This document shows, in pieces, positions 19,687-30,755 of a DNA stretch of 64,000 bases. The notes under the pieces are model-generated. The model made no database searches, was not told the origin of the DNA, and saw only the letters and a program-made list of their open reading frames with translations. The stretch's first letter is position 1; every line of letters begins with the position of its first letter. The stretch is from Negativicutes bacterium. Lineage in GTDB: Bacteria; Bacillota; Negativicutes; UBA1444. The position numbers were made by a program, and so were the translations under genes. Where the stretch lies: assembly GCA_963665275.2 (NCBI GenBank), contig CAXXIN010000007.1, positions 128,001-192,000 of the forward strand, read 5' to 3'.

Positions 19687-20694
19687 TCAACCAAGGCTAT
19701 TCAACTTGATTGTCAGATAAATTACATATGCAGAAAAATAAACAAAACCTGTCTTCCTAGAAATTCTGCCAGAGAAGAAAATGGAAATAAAAAGCAAGAT
19801 TGAGGCGCCAATCATTACAAAAAGATCCAATACAATATCAGAAGTTACCTCAATCGGATGCAGTACCCCGCTCATTCCCAAAACAAACAGCACATTGTAT
19901 ATATTGCTTCCGATGATATTACCGACTGCGATTGCCGCTTCTTTTTTATGAACAGCAGCTAGGCATGTGCTGAGTTCCGGCAGTGATGTGCCGAAGGCTA
20001 CAATGGTCACTCCAATAAATGCTTCGCTCAAACCCAGGCTGTGAGCAATCTGGGTGGCACTGTTGACAGCAAGATTTGCTCCGGCAATGAGTCCTGCCAA
20101 GCCGAGAAAAAGGAAAAACAGTAGCTTGGGCATTGATTCATTATGTCCTTCGTGTTCAGACGGCTTTTCATACAGCAACTCTTCCTGCGTTTCAACATAA
20201 CTGAAGGCTTCAGGCGCGAACACCGTGACAGATTTTTCTTTTTTTGAATGGTTTTTAAAATTTATATAAAAATACCCAAAAAATAAAAATAGCCCTACTA
20301 AAAGTGCAACCGCTTCCATCCTTGATAATGTGTTATCAGTAAAAATCATAATAAACAAGCACACTTGAACAAAGATAGAAATCAATATTTCTTTTTTAAA
20401 CAGAACGGATTCCATTTTAAAGGGGAAAATCACTGCGGTAATACCGAGGATAACTGTAATATTTACTATGCTGCTCCCGACAACATCTCCCAACGTTATG
20501 ATATTATTTCCTTGGATTCCTGAGATGACTCCAATCGCTGCTTCCGGTGCGCTTGTTCCCATTGCGACAATAAAAATCCCAACGATGAATGAAGGAACAT
20601 TCAAAAAAACAGCTATCTTGGCGGCGGCATCAACAAAAGCATCTGCTCCTTTCACCAAAATGAGGAGTCCAATACCCAGCGTTAAATAAATCAT
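19687..20694 (-). CDS. Ca2+/Na+ antiporter (YrbG family)
   Basis: GTSAPE and GTSLPE repeats, GNIIGSN; SD AGGAG before the ATG at 20694. Confidence 0.92.
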   Translation of the reverse strand: MIYLTLGIGLLILVKGADAFVDAAAKIAVFLNVPSFIVGIFIVAMGTSAPEAAIGVISGIQGNNIITLGDVVGSSIVNITVILGITAVIFPFKMESVLFKKEILISIFVQVCLFIMIFTDNTLSRMEAVALLVGLFLFFGYFYINFKNHSKKEKSVTVFAPEAFSYVETQEELLYEKPSEHEGHNESMPKLLFFLFLGLAGLIAGANLAVNSATQIAHSLGLSEAFIGVTIVAFGTSLPELSTCLAAVHKKEAAIAVGNIIGSNIYNVLFVLGMSGVLHPIEVTSDIVLDLFVMIGASILLFISIFFSGRISRKTGFVYFSAYVIYLTIKLNSLG

Positions 20695-20845
20695 ATAAAT
20701 TTGCTCCTGTTCAGCAAAGGATATGTTATTTTTGCTGCCACAAATATCGAAAGGCCTCTCAAAAATCCGCCTTGCACGGTACCAAAAAGCTGGCGCGCGA
20801 TCCACCTCCAGCTTATAAGGACCTTCCCGCACAAGCCTGTTGCCG

Positions 20846-21754
20846 CTACTTGGCGACTATAACAGGCATCTGGGCCAAGGTGACCAGGTTTTTAGCCACG
20901 CTGCCCACAAGGAGTTCGTCCAACAGGCCTTTGCCCAGCGTTCCGGCGACAATGATATCAGCCTTTTCGTTCTCTGTGTAATGTACAATCGCTTCAGCAA
21001 TGTTCCCGCCAGTCAGTAGTATGGATTCAACTTCTACGCCCTTACTTGCGCCCATCGCCTTGGCGTCGTCCAAGATTTTTTTGTCGGCTTCATCCTGTTC
21101 AATCAAATAGGTTCCAATTTTTATTTCCGAACCAGGTTGCACTTTACTGTATATCATCGCAAGTTCCACGGGATCGAGCACCTTGGCAACCACGAGACAT
21201 GCGCCGGCTTTCTTGCCGATATCAATCGCCAGTTCCAACGCCTTTTTAGCATAGGCCGACCCATCATATGCGACGATAATTTTTTTCAAGGCCGCCGCTT
21301 CCCGTTGGTCTGTTACAACCATGACCGGCGTCTTCGCAAGAGCTACCAAACTGCTGGTTACACTTCCCACAATTATTTCTTCAAGCAACCCGTGCCCTTT
21401 TGTCCCGGCAACGATCATATCGAACCCGTTTTTCTCGGCATATTCCAACAGAGTGGCTGCCACTGGTCCTTTGAGAATTTTCGTTTTCACAGCAACATCG
21501 CATGTGTTCGTTTTAAAAAGTTTTGCCTCCTCCATCATTTGCTGATCTGCTTTTTCCATTTCATCAAACTGCTCGGCAATCCTTGTCGCAATATTATAAT
21601 CTCCGCTGGTATAATGTCGAACTATAGGCTCAAACACCTTGACTGCTTCAATTTCAGCGCCGGTAAAACATCCCAGCATGATTGCCCAATCTAGAGCCGC
21701 TTTACTATGAGACGATCCATCGTAAGCCACGAGATATTTAGGTGATTTTTCCAT
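20846..21754 (-). CDS. Universal stress protein, two Usp domains
   Basis: Two VAYDGS starts and two G.G....GSV motifs. Confidence 0.93.
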   Translation of the reverse strand: MEKSPKYLVAYDGSSHSKAALDWAIMLGCFTGAEIEAVKVFEPIVRHYTSGDYNIATRIAEQFDEMEKADQQMMEEAKLFKTNTCDVAVKTKILKGPVAATLLEYAEKNGFDMIVAGTKGHGLLEEIIVGSVTSSLVALAKTPVMVVTDQREAAALKKIIVAYDGSAYAKKALELAIDIGKKAGACLVVAKVLDPVELAMIYSKVQPGSEIKIGTYLIEQDEADKKILDDAKAMGASKGVEVESILLTGGNIAEAIVHYTENEKADIIVAGTLGKGLLDELLVGSVAKNLVTLAQMPVIVAK

Positions 21755-21851
21755 AACCGTACACCCCTCCTAATAGTATAAGCTGCAATTGTTGGAGAAT
21801 TCTGTCTGACAGGCTTCTTCTTTTTATTTTGCTTTTCATAGACGAATGCGA

Positions 21852-22745
21852 TTACAGTTGCTCCCGTTGGGAAACAAGATGCTGCCACAGAGCCAGACTG
21901 ACAGGCATCTGTGTTTGTGTATCGCACAGTGCGTAAAAATGCCGTTTGATCTGCAGCCCTTGTACTGAAACCTGTACCAGAGTCCCTTCCACGAGTTCTC
22001 TTTCAACAGCCCGCCGAGAGACGAATCCGATTCCTGCGCCCGCCTGCACAGCCTTTTTCAACGCTTCGTTACCGCTGACCTGCAAAACAATATTGCAAAA
22101 CTCCCTTGAAACGCCGAGATCGTGCAAAGAGCGCCATACGGATCCCATGGAAGAAGAACTCTCGTGACGCACAACCAACGGATATTGGCAAAGTTCCTGC
22201 GGTAACCAGGGAAATCCGGCAAGATGCATCTGTGATGAAGCCACCGGAATGATTTCATCGGTCCACACGATCTGCACATCGGGAATTCCCGGCGGCAAAA
22301 AGCCAAGCACACAAATGGACACTCGGCCTTCCTGCCAGGATTGAAAGACCGACTGGCTATCACCTGAAATCAAATTTACGGATACCCCCGGATGTTCCTG
22401 CAGAAATACCGCCAGCAATGGTGGCAAAATATACTCTCCGGGGATGGTCCCTGCCCCGATCGTTACCTGACCGGCCACGCCCCGGCACAAGTCCTTTATT
22501 TTTCGTTCGGTGCGATCCAATAGGTCCTGTACCGTGCGGGTATTTTCGTATAAAGTCCTGCCGTATACCGTAAGTTCCGCGCCCCGGCGGGTACGCACGA
22601 ACAGGGGGCAGCCAAATTTTCGTTCCATGCCGTCGATATGAAACGAAACGGTAGGTTGGGTCAGAGACAGCTTTTTGGCAGCCGCCGAAAAACTTTTTTC
22701 CTCCGCTACTGCGATAAACACTGCCAAAGCCTGTAGATATGACAT
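21852..22745 (-). CDS. LysR-family regulator, selenium-metabolism-associated type
   Basis: SFSAAAKKLSLTQPTVS helix-turn-helix, TIPGEYILP; divergent from yedE. Confidence 0.88.
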   Translation of the reverse strand: MSYLQALAVFIAVAEEKSFSAAAKKLSLTQPTVSFHIDGMERKFGCPLFVRTRRGAELTVYGRTLYENTRTVQDLLDRTERKIKDLCRGVAGQVTIGAGTIPGEYILPPLLAVFLQEHPGVSVNLISGDSQSVFQSWQEGRVSICVLGFLPPGIPDVQIVWTDEIIPVASSQMHLAGFPWLPQELCQYPLVVRHESSSSMGSVWRSLHDLGVSREFCNIVLQVSGNEALKKAVQAGAGIGFVSRRAVERELVEGTLVQVSVQGLQIKRHFYALCDTQTQMPVSLALWQHLVSQREQL

Positions 22746-22860
22746 GGATATCCTCCAGTTCTGCTCCGGTTTCCTGGCAGCAGCTACTTTTCATTGTTAA
22801 TCTTTTCGCGGTTTCCGATTATTTTTCCTTTGTCGGCAGGATTTTACCATGATCGAATTT

Positions 22861-22901
22861 AATTATAATAAAGATAGATTCTATCTATTGCTATTATAAT
22901 T
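22861..22901. promoter_or_regulatory. LysR box at the yedE promoter
   Basis: ATAG-N7-CTAT (22874-22888) flanked by the inverted pair AATTATAATA/TATTATAATT. Confidence 0.65.
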
Positions 22902-22922
22902 TAGTGTAAGGAGTGGTTCATT

Positions 22923-23993
22923 TTGTCATGGGTTTGGATTTTGGTCGCCGGTCTCTCTTTCGGGTTAGGAGCCGTCCTGCTGGTACAGGCAGGAAACCCC
23001 GGTAATTACGGATTCTGCGCAGCCTGCCACTTGCGGGATATCGCAGGTTCGTTGGGAATCCACAAAGTAGCGACGCTGCAGTATGCCCGCCCGGAAATCT
23101 TCGGCTGGATCATCGGCGCTTTCGCCATGTCGAAAGTCAGCGGTGAATTTCGTCCCCGTGGCGGTTCGGCGCCTCTAATTCGTTTTTTTCTCGGCGCCCT
23201 GATGATGCTGGGCGCCCTGGTTTTCCTCGGTTGCCCGTTGCGCGCGCTGCTTCGCCTTGCTGGCGGTGACCTCAACGGCCTGACGGCCCTGGCAGGCTTT
23301 CTCGCCGGAATCGGCTCCGGCATCCTATTCCTGAAAAACGGGTTCAGTCTTGGCCGCGCCCGCACGATCGAAGGCACTGGCGCAATGGCCGGCTATTTGC
23401 TGGTCATCGCCGCCGTCCTCCTGACTGCCGCCGTGGCCGTCGGAGCAGGGTTCCTGTATTTCTCCAAACAAGGCCCAGGATCCCAGCATGCTCCGATCTT
23501 GATCAGCCTCGTGGCCGGTCTCGTCACCGGCGCTGTTGCCCTGAAGACCCGCATGTGTCTCAGTGGCGGGTTCCGGGACTTCTTCCTGGTCAAGGATACC
23601 TTTCTACTGAAAACTTACGGCCTGATTTTCCTCAGCGCCATGGCTGCCAACTTCTTCTTCGGAACGTTCAAACTCGGCTTCACCGGACAACCTCTGGCGC
23701 ACACAATGCACCTCTGGAACTTCCTCGGCCTCTATCTCGTTGGCGTCGCCGCCACACTGCTGGGAGGCTGCCCGTTGCGGCAGCTCATCATGGCGGCTGA
23801 CGGCAATACCGATGCGGGTGTCTGCGTACTCGGCATGCTGGCGGGCGCTGGAGTCGCCCATACGATCAATCTGGCCGGCAGTGGCGCAGGCGTTCCGGTA
23901 AACGGACAGATCGCCGTCGGTATCGGCATCGCTATTACGTTCACCATCGGCTGGCTCTTCCGTGAAAAGGTTCTGGTAGAAGCTACAGCCTAA
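22923..23993 (+). CDS. yedE: YedE-family putative selenium transporter
   Basis: GNPGNYGFCAACHLRD, RPRGGS, two GCPLR motifs. Confidence 0.92.
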   Translation: MSWVWILVAGLSFGLGAVLLVQAGNPGNYGFCAACHLRDIAGSLGIHKVATLQYARPEIFGWIIGAFAMSKVSGEFRPRGGSAPLIRFFLGALMMLGALVFLGCPLRALLRLAGGDLNGLTALAGFLAGIGSGILFLKNGFSLGRARTIEGTGAMAGYLLVIAAVLLTAAVAVGAGFLYFSKQGPGSQHAPILISLVAGLVTGAVALKTRMCLSGGFRDFFLVKDTFLLKTYGLIFLSAMAANFFFGTFKLGFTGQPLAHTMHLWNFLGLYLVGVAATLLGGCPLRQLIMAADGNTDAGVCVLGMLAGAGVAHTINLAGSGAGVPVNGQIAVGIGIAITFTIGWLFREKVLVEATA

Positions 23994-24023
23994 ACGAAAA
24001 TTAACGAGAAGGAGATTTCGCTG

Positions 24024-24233
24024 ATGAAAAAGAATTTAGATATGCGCGGTTATAGCTGTCCCATCCCGTTGCTCCGGACTCGTGACGCCCTGGTGAATTG
24101 TGATGACCTGACGGTCTTGATCGACGAACCGGCCGCCCGGGAAAACATCCTCAAGTTCGCGGCATCCCAGAACTACAAGGCTGAATGCGCAGGCGACAAA
24201 GGGGAATGGACGCTGCATATCGTGAAACCGTAA
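24024..24233 (+). CDS. TusA/SirA-family sulfur or selenium carrier
   Basis: LDMRGYSCPIP motif. Confidence 0.9.
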   Translation: MKKNLDMRGYSCPIPLLRTRDALVNCDDLTVLIDEPAARENILKFAASQNYKAECAGDKGEWTLHIVKP

Positions 24234-24248
24234 AAGGGAGATTTCCAT

Positions 24249-24485
24249 TTGGCTGAAGAAATTCGGATCATCACCTTCCCTTCTGTCTGGCATGCGTTCC
24301 GGGCGGAAAAAATTCTCAAGGCAGCCGAGGTTCCCTGTACGCTCATACCGGTCCCGCGGGAACTGAGCAGTTCCTGTCAGGGCCTGGCCGCCAAACTGGA
24401 AGAATCTTGGTTGGACAGGGCGCTAGAGCTCTTGGACGCCCAGCAGGTTCTGATGGAAAAGCGCGGAGTCGCAATCAAAAGGTAA
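24249..24485 (+). CDS. DUF3343 protein (putative Se/S carrier)
   Basis: TFPSVWHAFRAEK, IPVPRELSSSC. Confidence 0.85.
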   Translation: MAEEIRIITFPSVWHAFRAEKILKAAEVPCTLIPVPRELSSSCQGLAAKLEESWLDRALELLDAQQVLMEKRGVAIKR

Positions 24486-24489
24486 ACAA

Positions 24490-24532
24490 AAAGAAGGCGA
24501 ATTCACCGGTTAACCGGGGATCGCCTTCTTTT
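24490..24532. terminator. Bidirectional terminator
   Basis: AAAGAAGGCGA...TCGCCTTCTTT between convergent operons. Confidence 0.8.
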
Positions 24533-24566
24533 ATAATTTCAGCCCAAAATAACCGTGGGCAGCATC

Positions 24567-26047
<1,481 letters not shown>

Positions 26048-26107
26048 ATCGTTATGAAGTTTTATTGCTAAAATTCTATGCCAATCACAAGGTTTTGTCA
26101 ATGCAAA

Positions 26108-27319
26108 TTATTTGTGGTAAACGCTCGCCAGAACTGCCGTCAGTTTTTTGATCATGAGGTCGATATCTCCGGTTGTCACAATCAGTGGCGGCATCAGCCG
26201 AACCATGGAGGGCTGGGGCGAGTTGATCAATAGTCCGCTCTGCAAACATTGCGCCACGACTTCACTGCCGTTCTCCTCCGGCAGGTCGAACGCGATCAGC
26301 AGGCCCATGCCACGAATGTTGGCGAGACCGAACCGGGAAGCAATACCTTGCAATTGATGCTGAAGATATTCTCCTTGCTTGGCCGCATTCGCCGACAAAT
26401 CCTTGGACAGTATCTCATTGACCACTGCATACCCAACTTCCATGCCGAGAGGTTGGCCGGAATAGGTGCCCCCCTGATCCCCGGCTGCAAAAATATTGAA
26501 TTTTTCCTTGACCAAGAGTGCCGACAATGGGAACCCGCCGCCAATTCCCTTGGCCAAGGTCATGACATCCGGTTCGATACCGTACTGCTCATAGGCGAAT
26601 AATTTGCCGGTACGGCCGAGTCCGGTCTGAACTTCATCGGCGATCAGTAGAATGTCCGATTCGTCGCAGATGGCGCGCAGCGCCTTCATATAAGCGGGAT
26701 CTGCTGCAAATACGCCCCCTTCTCCCTGAACCGGTTCCAGCATGATCGCACAGGTTTTGTCGGTAATAGCTGCCTTCAGAGCGGCGAGATCATTCAGGGG
26801 AACGTGGATAAAGCCGGGAACCTTGGGTTCGAATAAATCAGCCCATTTTGCCTTGCCAGTGGCCGACATGGTCGCAAGGGTGCGGCCGTGAAAGCTGTTG
26901 ACCATGGTGATGATTTCATAAGCGCCCTGTTTATGGAGCGAACCATATTTCCTGGCCAATTTGATGGCGCCCTCATTGACCTCCGCACCGCTGCTGCCAA
27001 AGAAGATTCGGTCAAAACAAGAGTGGTCGGTCAGCAGTTTGGCAAACTTCAACTGGGAAACGTTATAAAATGCGGGACTGGCATTGACGAGGCGGCGGCT
27101 CTGGCGTTCGAGCGCTTCGGCTATGACAGCCGGACTGTGCCCGAGCGAAACTACGGCCCAGCCCCCCACAAAATCCAGATATTCTTTTCCATCTGTATCC
27201 CATAAATACATACCTTCCCCACGGTCCATGATCAATTCGGGGCGGGATGTTGTGAACAGGATGGATTTTTTCGCTTCTTCCATTTGCTCAGCCGACAATT
27301 CCTGATTAGGGTTGTACAT
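26108..27319 (-). CDS. argD: Acetylornithine aminotransferase
   Basis: Class III PLP motifs SFHGRT, EPVQGEGG, DEVQTG, LAKGIGGG; ARG boxes upstream. Confidence 0.9.
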   Translation of the reverse strand: MYNPNQELSAEQMEEAKKSILFTTSRPELIMDRGEGMYLWDTDGKEYLDFVGGWAVVSLGHSPAVIAEALERQSRRLVNASPAFYNVSQLKFAKLLTDHSCFDRIFFGSSGAEVNEGAIKLARKYGSLHKQGAYEIITMVNSFHGRTLATMSATGKAKWADLFEPKVPGFIHVPLNDLAALKAAITDKTCAIMLEPVQGEGGVFAADPAYMKALRAICDESDILLIADEVQTGLGRTGKLFAYEQYGIEPDVMTLAKGIGGGFPLSALLVKEKFNIFAAGDQGGTYSGQPLGMEVGYAVVNEILSKDLSANAAKQGEYLQHQLQGIASRFGLANIRGMGLLIAFDLPEENGSEVVAQCLQSGLLINSPQPSMVRLMPPLIVTTGDIDLMIKKLTAVLASVYHK

Positions 27320-27363
27320 GATATCACTCCTTACCTTCAATCGATACATTTATTTTACAAACT

Positions 27364-27402
27364 TTATTTTAAATATGCAACAATAATTAATATATATTCA
27401 TT
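27364..27402 (-). promoter_or_regulatory. Tandem ArgR boxes
   Basis: AATGAATATATATTAATT-3nt-GTTGCATATTTAAAATAA upstream of argD. Confidence 0.65.
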
Positions 27403-28444
27403 TTATCCTGTCCAGAATGAACTGCGGCGTGATGCCACGGACGAATCGTTGGATTGCCTCATATTTATTGTGATACACCCAGCCGAGATACACTACCGCC
27501 AACCCCAGGACAGTGAGCCAGAACGGGAATGCGATAGAGTTTTTAAACACATCCCATGACAGGTATCCGAGGTAGCCGAAAAAGCCGATACCGCCAAAAA
27601 CCAAAAACACCTTGCGATTGAGCAGTACCCCGCAGAACATCATGAATACATTGATCAGGCAATAAATGAACTTCGACAGTTCGGAATCCGAACGCAACAG
27701 CGATAAGCCGCCCCAAAACGTGATCGCGCCGAAAATGTAGAGCCACTTCGCATAATCCACCTGTTGCCGACGTTCTACCACGGTAGCCGTCGCAAGCATA
27801 ATCAGACCGAAAACAAGGGAAACCTGTTTTCGCATATTCCAATTGTAATCCGGTCCCATCAGAAGCGGCGCAATGTCCATCGACATGAACCAGAGCGTGA
27901 ATGCAATCGGCGCCATCGCAAAAGGAATCCGGCTAAAGCGCAGAGACAGCACCCCAGCCACGATGGTGGCGATTTCTATCGAAAACCATCCACCCCGGAT
28001 ATATCGGTAGAAGCTGCGATAAGATCCGGGATCTTCATAAGGCCAGAGGTTCAGCCCGGCCTGAAGGCCAAAAACGCCAAGCGGAGTCATGCACACAGCC
28101 ATCACTACGAAAAGGCCACTGAGCACTGTCGATTTTTGGCGAAAATAGCGGGCCAGCCAACAAAAAACCGCTGCATACCCTGCCGCAATCGCGAACAGAC
28201 CGAACCCCCGGAACTGTTCCCACGCGGTGTTCATCAGCCAACTCATAGCGCCAATGACGATCAGCGCCCCAAGATAATAGAGAAACTTGCTCATCGGCGC
28301 ACTACGTTCCTCCAGAACTGGCTCAATGGGTGATTCTTCCTGCCACAGCCGCTGCAAGAGGTCTGCCTGCGCCTGCGTGATAATGCCTTCCTCAACGCCT
28401 TGTTGCAATTTATGCTGATATATATCCACTCTTCCACCTGCCAA
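27398..28444 (-). CDS. DUF2157-like multi-pass membrane protein
   Basis: GIITQAQAD.L, FLYYLGAL; about ten hydrophobic segments. Confidence 0.75.
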   Translation of the reverse strand: MAGGRVDIYQHKLQQGVEEGIITQAQADLLQRLWQEESPIEPVLEERSAPMSKFLYYLGALIVIGAMSWLMNTAWEQFRGFGLFAIAAGYAAVFCWLARYFRQKSTVLSGLFVVMAVCMTPLGVFGLQAGLNLWPYEDPGSYRSFYRYIRGGWFSIEIATIVAGVLSLRFSRIPFAMAPIAFTLWFMSMDIAPLLMGPDYNWNMRKQVSLVFGLIMLATATVVERRQQVDYAKWLYIFGAITFWGGLSLLRSDSELSKFIYCLINVFMMFCGVLLNRKVFLVFGGIGFFGYLGYLSWDVFKNSIAFPFWLTVLGLAVVYLGWVYHNKYEAIQRFVRGITPQFILDRIK

Positions 28445-28481
28445 TTTTTAGAATATTTCGCACCAAACCACTGGCTATATT

Positions 28482-29099
28482 TTAACCCGGCAATACATAA
28501 AAATATACAGTGACAAAATGCGCCAGGCTCCCGGCCAAAACGAACAAATGCCAAATCGCATGATTGAACGGTACCTTGCCGCTCAGAAAGAACACTGTAC
28601 CGGCACTGTACAGTACGCCCCCCGATACCAACCAGATCAGGCCCGGTGTCGACAATGCCGCCAGTAAGGGTTTCGCCAGGAAAACAATCATCCATCCCAT
28701 CAACAGATACCCAACCGTCGACAGGATTTTAAAACGTTGCGCAAACACCGTCTGAAAAATGATGCCAGCTACCGCCAGTCCCCAGATCACACCAAACATA
28801 ATCCAGCCGAAAGTGCCGCGAAGCAAAATCAGCAGGAAGGGTGTATACGTTCCGGCAATCAATACATAAATCGCCGCATGGTCGATGATCTGAAACACCT
28901 GTTTTACCTTGCGGCCCGTAAAACTGTGATAGAGTGTCGACGCCAGATACAGCAACACCAATGACCCACCATATATTACCGCGCTGGTTACGCACCAAAT
29001 ATCATTACGAACTTGGACCGAAGCCAGCAAAGCCATCAAACCGATCAGCGCCAAGCCGGTTCCCACTCCATGGGTTACTGCATTTATTTTCTCTTCCAT
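28482..29099 (-). CDS. Hemolysin III/PAQR family membrane protein
   Basis: EEKINAVTHG, STLYH, DHAAIY..IAGTYTP, HAIWHLFV. Confidence 0.93.
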   Translation of the reverse strand: MEEKINAVTHGVGTGLALIGLMALLASVQVRNDIWCVTSAVIYGGSLVLLYLASTLYHSFTGRKVKQVFQIIDHAAIYVLIAGTYTPFLLILLRGTFGWIMFGVIWGLAVAGIIFQTVFAQRFKILSTVGYLLMGWMIVFLAKPLLAALSTPGLIWLVSGGVLYSAGTVFFLSGKVPFNHAIWHLFVLAGSLAHFVTVYFYVLPG

Positions 29100-29304
29100 A
29101 CCAACCTCCATTAACAACCTCTTGTTTCTAGTAAACACCTTACCGCCCGAATACGCAACAAAATTTTTGCATTTTGCATATCGACTATTTTGAGACCATT
29201 GCAAAACCCATTGTCTGTGATATTTATTCACGCGGCCCATCGGCTAAAAAAATATGCCGCCGTAGACGAAGGACTCGTCTGCAGCGACATCATGCCTGTT
29301 CGAC

Positions 29305-30246
29305 CTATGCTTCCGGTTCGGTATATAACGGTGTGGACAGATAACGTTCGCCGGTATCCGGCAACAGCACTACGATCACTTTCCCCTTGTTTTCCGGACG
29401 TTTGGCCACCTGAGCCGCTGCCCAGGCTGCCGCGCCACTGGAAATGCCGACCAACAGCCCTTCCGTCTTCGCCAGTTCGCGCCCTGTTGCCATCGCTTCG
29501 TCATTGCCCACGGGAATGATTTCATCGATAGCAGCACGATTGAACACGTCGGGAACAAATCCTGCGCCAATCCCCTGGATTTTGTGGGGGCCAGGCTGTC
29601 CTCCCGATAAAACCGGCGATGCCGCAGGTTCAACCGCGATCACTTGTACCGAAGATTTATAGGCTTTCAATACCTCACCCACCCCGGTCACTGTCCCGCC
29701 TGTTCCTACACCGGCAATGAAAATATCCACCTTGCCTTCCGTATCACGCCAGATTTCTTCCGCCGTTGTCTTCCGGTGTATTTCGGGATTGGCAGGGTTT
29801 TTGAACTGCTGCGGCAAGAAGGAATTCGGGTTTTCCGCAGCCAGTTCTTCCGCTTTTTTGATGGCGCCATTCATGCCTTCCGGTCCGGGTGTGAGCACTA
29901 GCTGCGCACCCAACGCTTTCAGCAGATTCCGCCGTTCAATACTCATCGTCTCCGGCATCGTCAAAACAAGCTTATAGCCTCTGGACGCCGCGACGAAAGC
30001 CAGCCCGACGCCGGTATTTCCGCTGGTCGGTTCAATAATCAGCGTGTCTTTGTTAATTTTCCCAGCGGCTTCACCCGCCTCAATCATTGCGAATGCGATT
30101 CTATCCTTCACACTGCCCAGTGGGTTAAAGTATTCAAGCTTCGCTACCACGGTTGAAGGTAATCCGGCATGCTGGCTAAAGCGATTCAACGCCAGCAGCG
30201 GAGTATTCCCAATCAAGTCTGTCACTGCCTGTGCAATTTTGCTCAT
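29305..30246 (-). CDS. cysK: Cysteine synthase A
   Basis: [29 protein letters not shown]. Confidence 0.97.
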   Translation of the reverse strand: MSKIAQAVTDLIGNTPLLALNRFSQHAGLPSTVVAKLEYFNPLGSVKDRIAFAMIEAGEAAGKINKDTLIIEPTSGNTGVGLAFVAASRGYKLVLTMPETMSIERRNLLKALGAQLVLTPGPEGMNGAIKKAEELAAENPNSFLPQQFKNPANPEIHRKTTAEEIWRDTEGKVDIFIAGVGTGGTVTGVGEVLKAYKSSVQVIAVEPAASPVLSGGQPGPHKIQGIGAGFVPDVFNRAAIDEIIPVGNDEAMATGRELAKTEGLLVGISSGAAAWAAAQVAKRPENKGKVIVVLLPDTGERYLSTPLYTEPEA

Positions 30247-30365
30247 TATATTGTTCCTCCTCTTTTTCAGCTTTCAGAAGCGACAAAGGCTCAAAAAACC
30301 CTTCAGTTTGAAGTGTTCTTTGAGCCTTCAGTTTCCTGATCAGCTACTCAATTAACTTATATCTT

Positions 30366-30394
30366 ATTATTCCACTCAGATATCGATTTGTCAA
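30366..30394 (-). promoter_or_regulatory. Sigma-A promoter of cysK
   Basis: TTGACA-17-AATAAT. Confidence 0.65.
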
Positions 30395-30493
30395 TACGCT
30401 CCAACAATACTATCTCAAGAATCGCTCATTGACGAATCCCTTATAATTACATAAAATATAAAAAGAATTCCTGTGAGAAAGGAGGTCAAGAGT

Positions 30494-30655
30494 GTGAACA
30501 GCGTTTTCGGACGTCGCTTGCCAGAAGTAGAATCACCTGTTTGTGCAGTCGTTTTAGGCTCAAAGGGGATAAGTCTGTCCTTTTTTAAGCAAATCAAACA
30601 CCGAAAATGGCTACTTAACTCTCTTGGCTGCAGTACGCCCCTCACGGCAAGATAA
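30494..30655 (+). CDS. Putative 53-aa leader or small protein upstream of MATE
   Basis: SD AAAGGAGGT then GTG; promoter TTGACG-17-TAAAAT starting near 30429. Confidence 0.4.
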   Translation: MNSVFGRRLPEVESPVCAVVLGSKGISLSFFKQIKHRKWLLNSLGCSTPLTAR

Positions 30656-30704
30656 CAATCCGTTTCCTGCCTAAAAGGTTCAACTGTAATATTCCATCTG
30701 ACTG

Positions 30705-30738
30705 CAAGGCGCCGATGATTCGGCGTCTTTACTTTTTT
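30705..30738 (+). terminator. Terminator in the MATE leader
   Basis: AAGGCGCCGA-tgat-TCGGCGTCTT-ACTTTTTT immediately before the MATE SD. Confidence 0.65.
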
Positions 30739-30755
30739 ATCAGGAGGTTGTACTC

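Noticed and set aside
22923-24485. Selenocysteine recoding in the yedE cluster
   Set aside because: All three ORFs are open with Cys codons and end in TAA.
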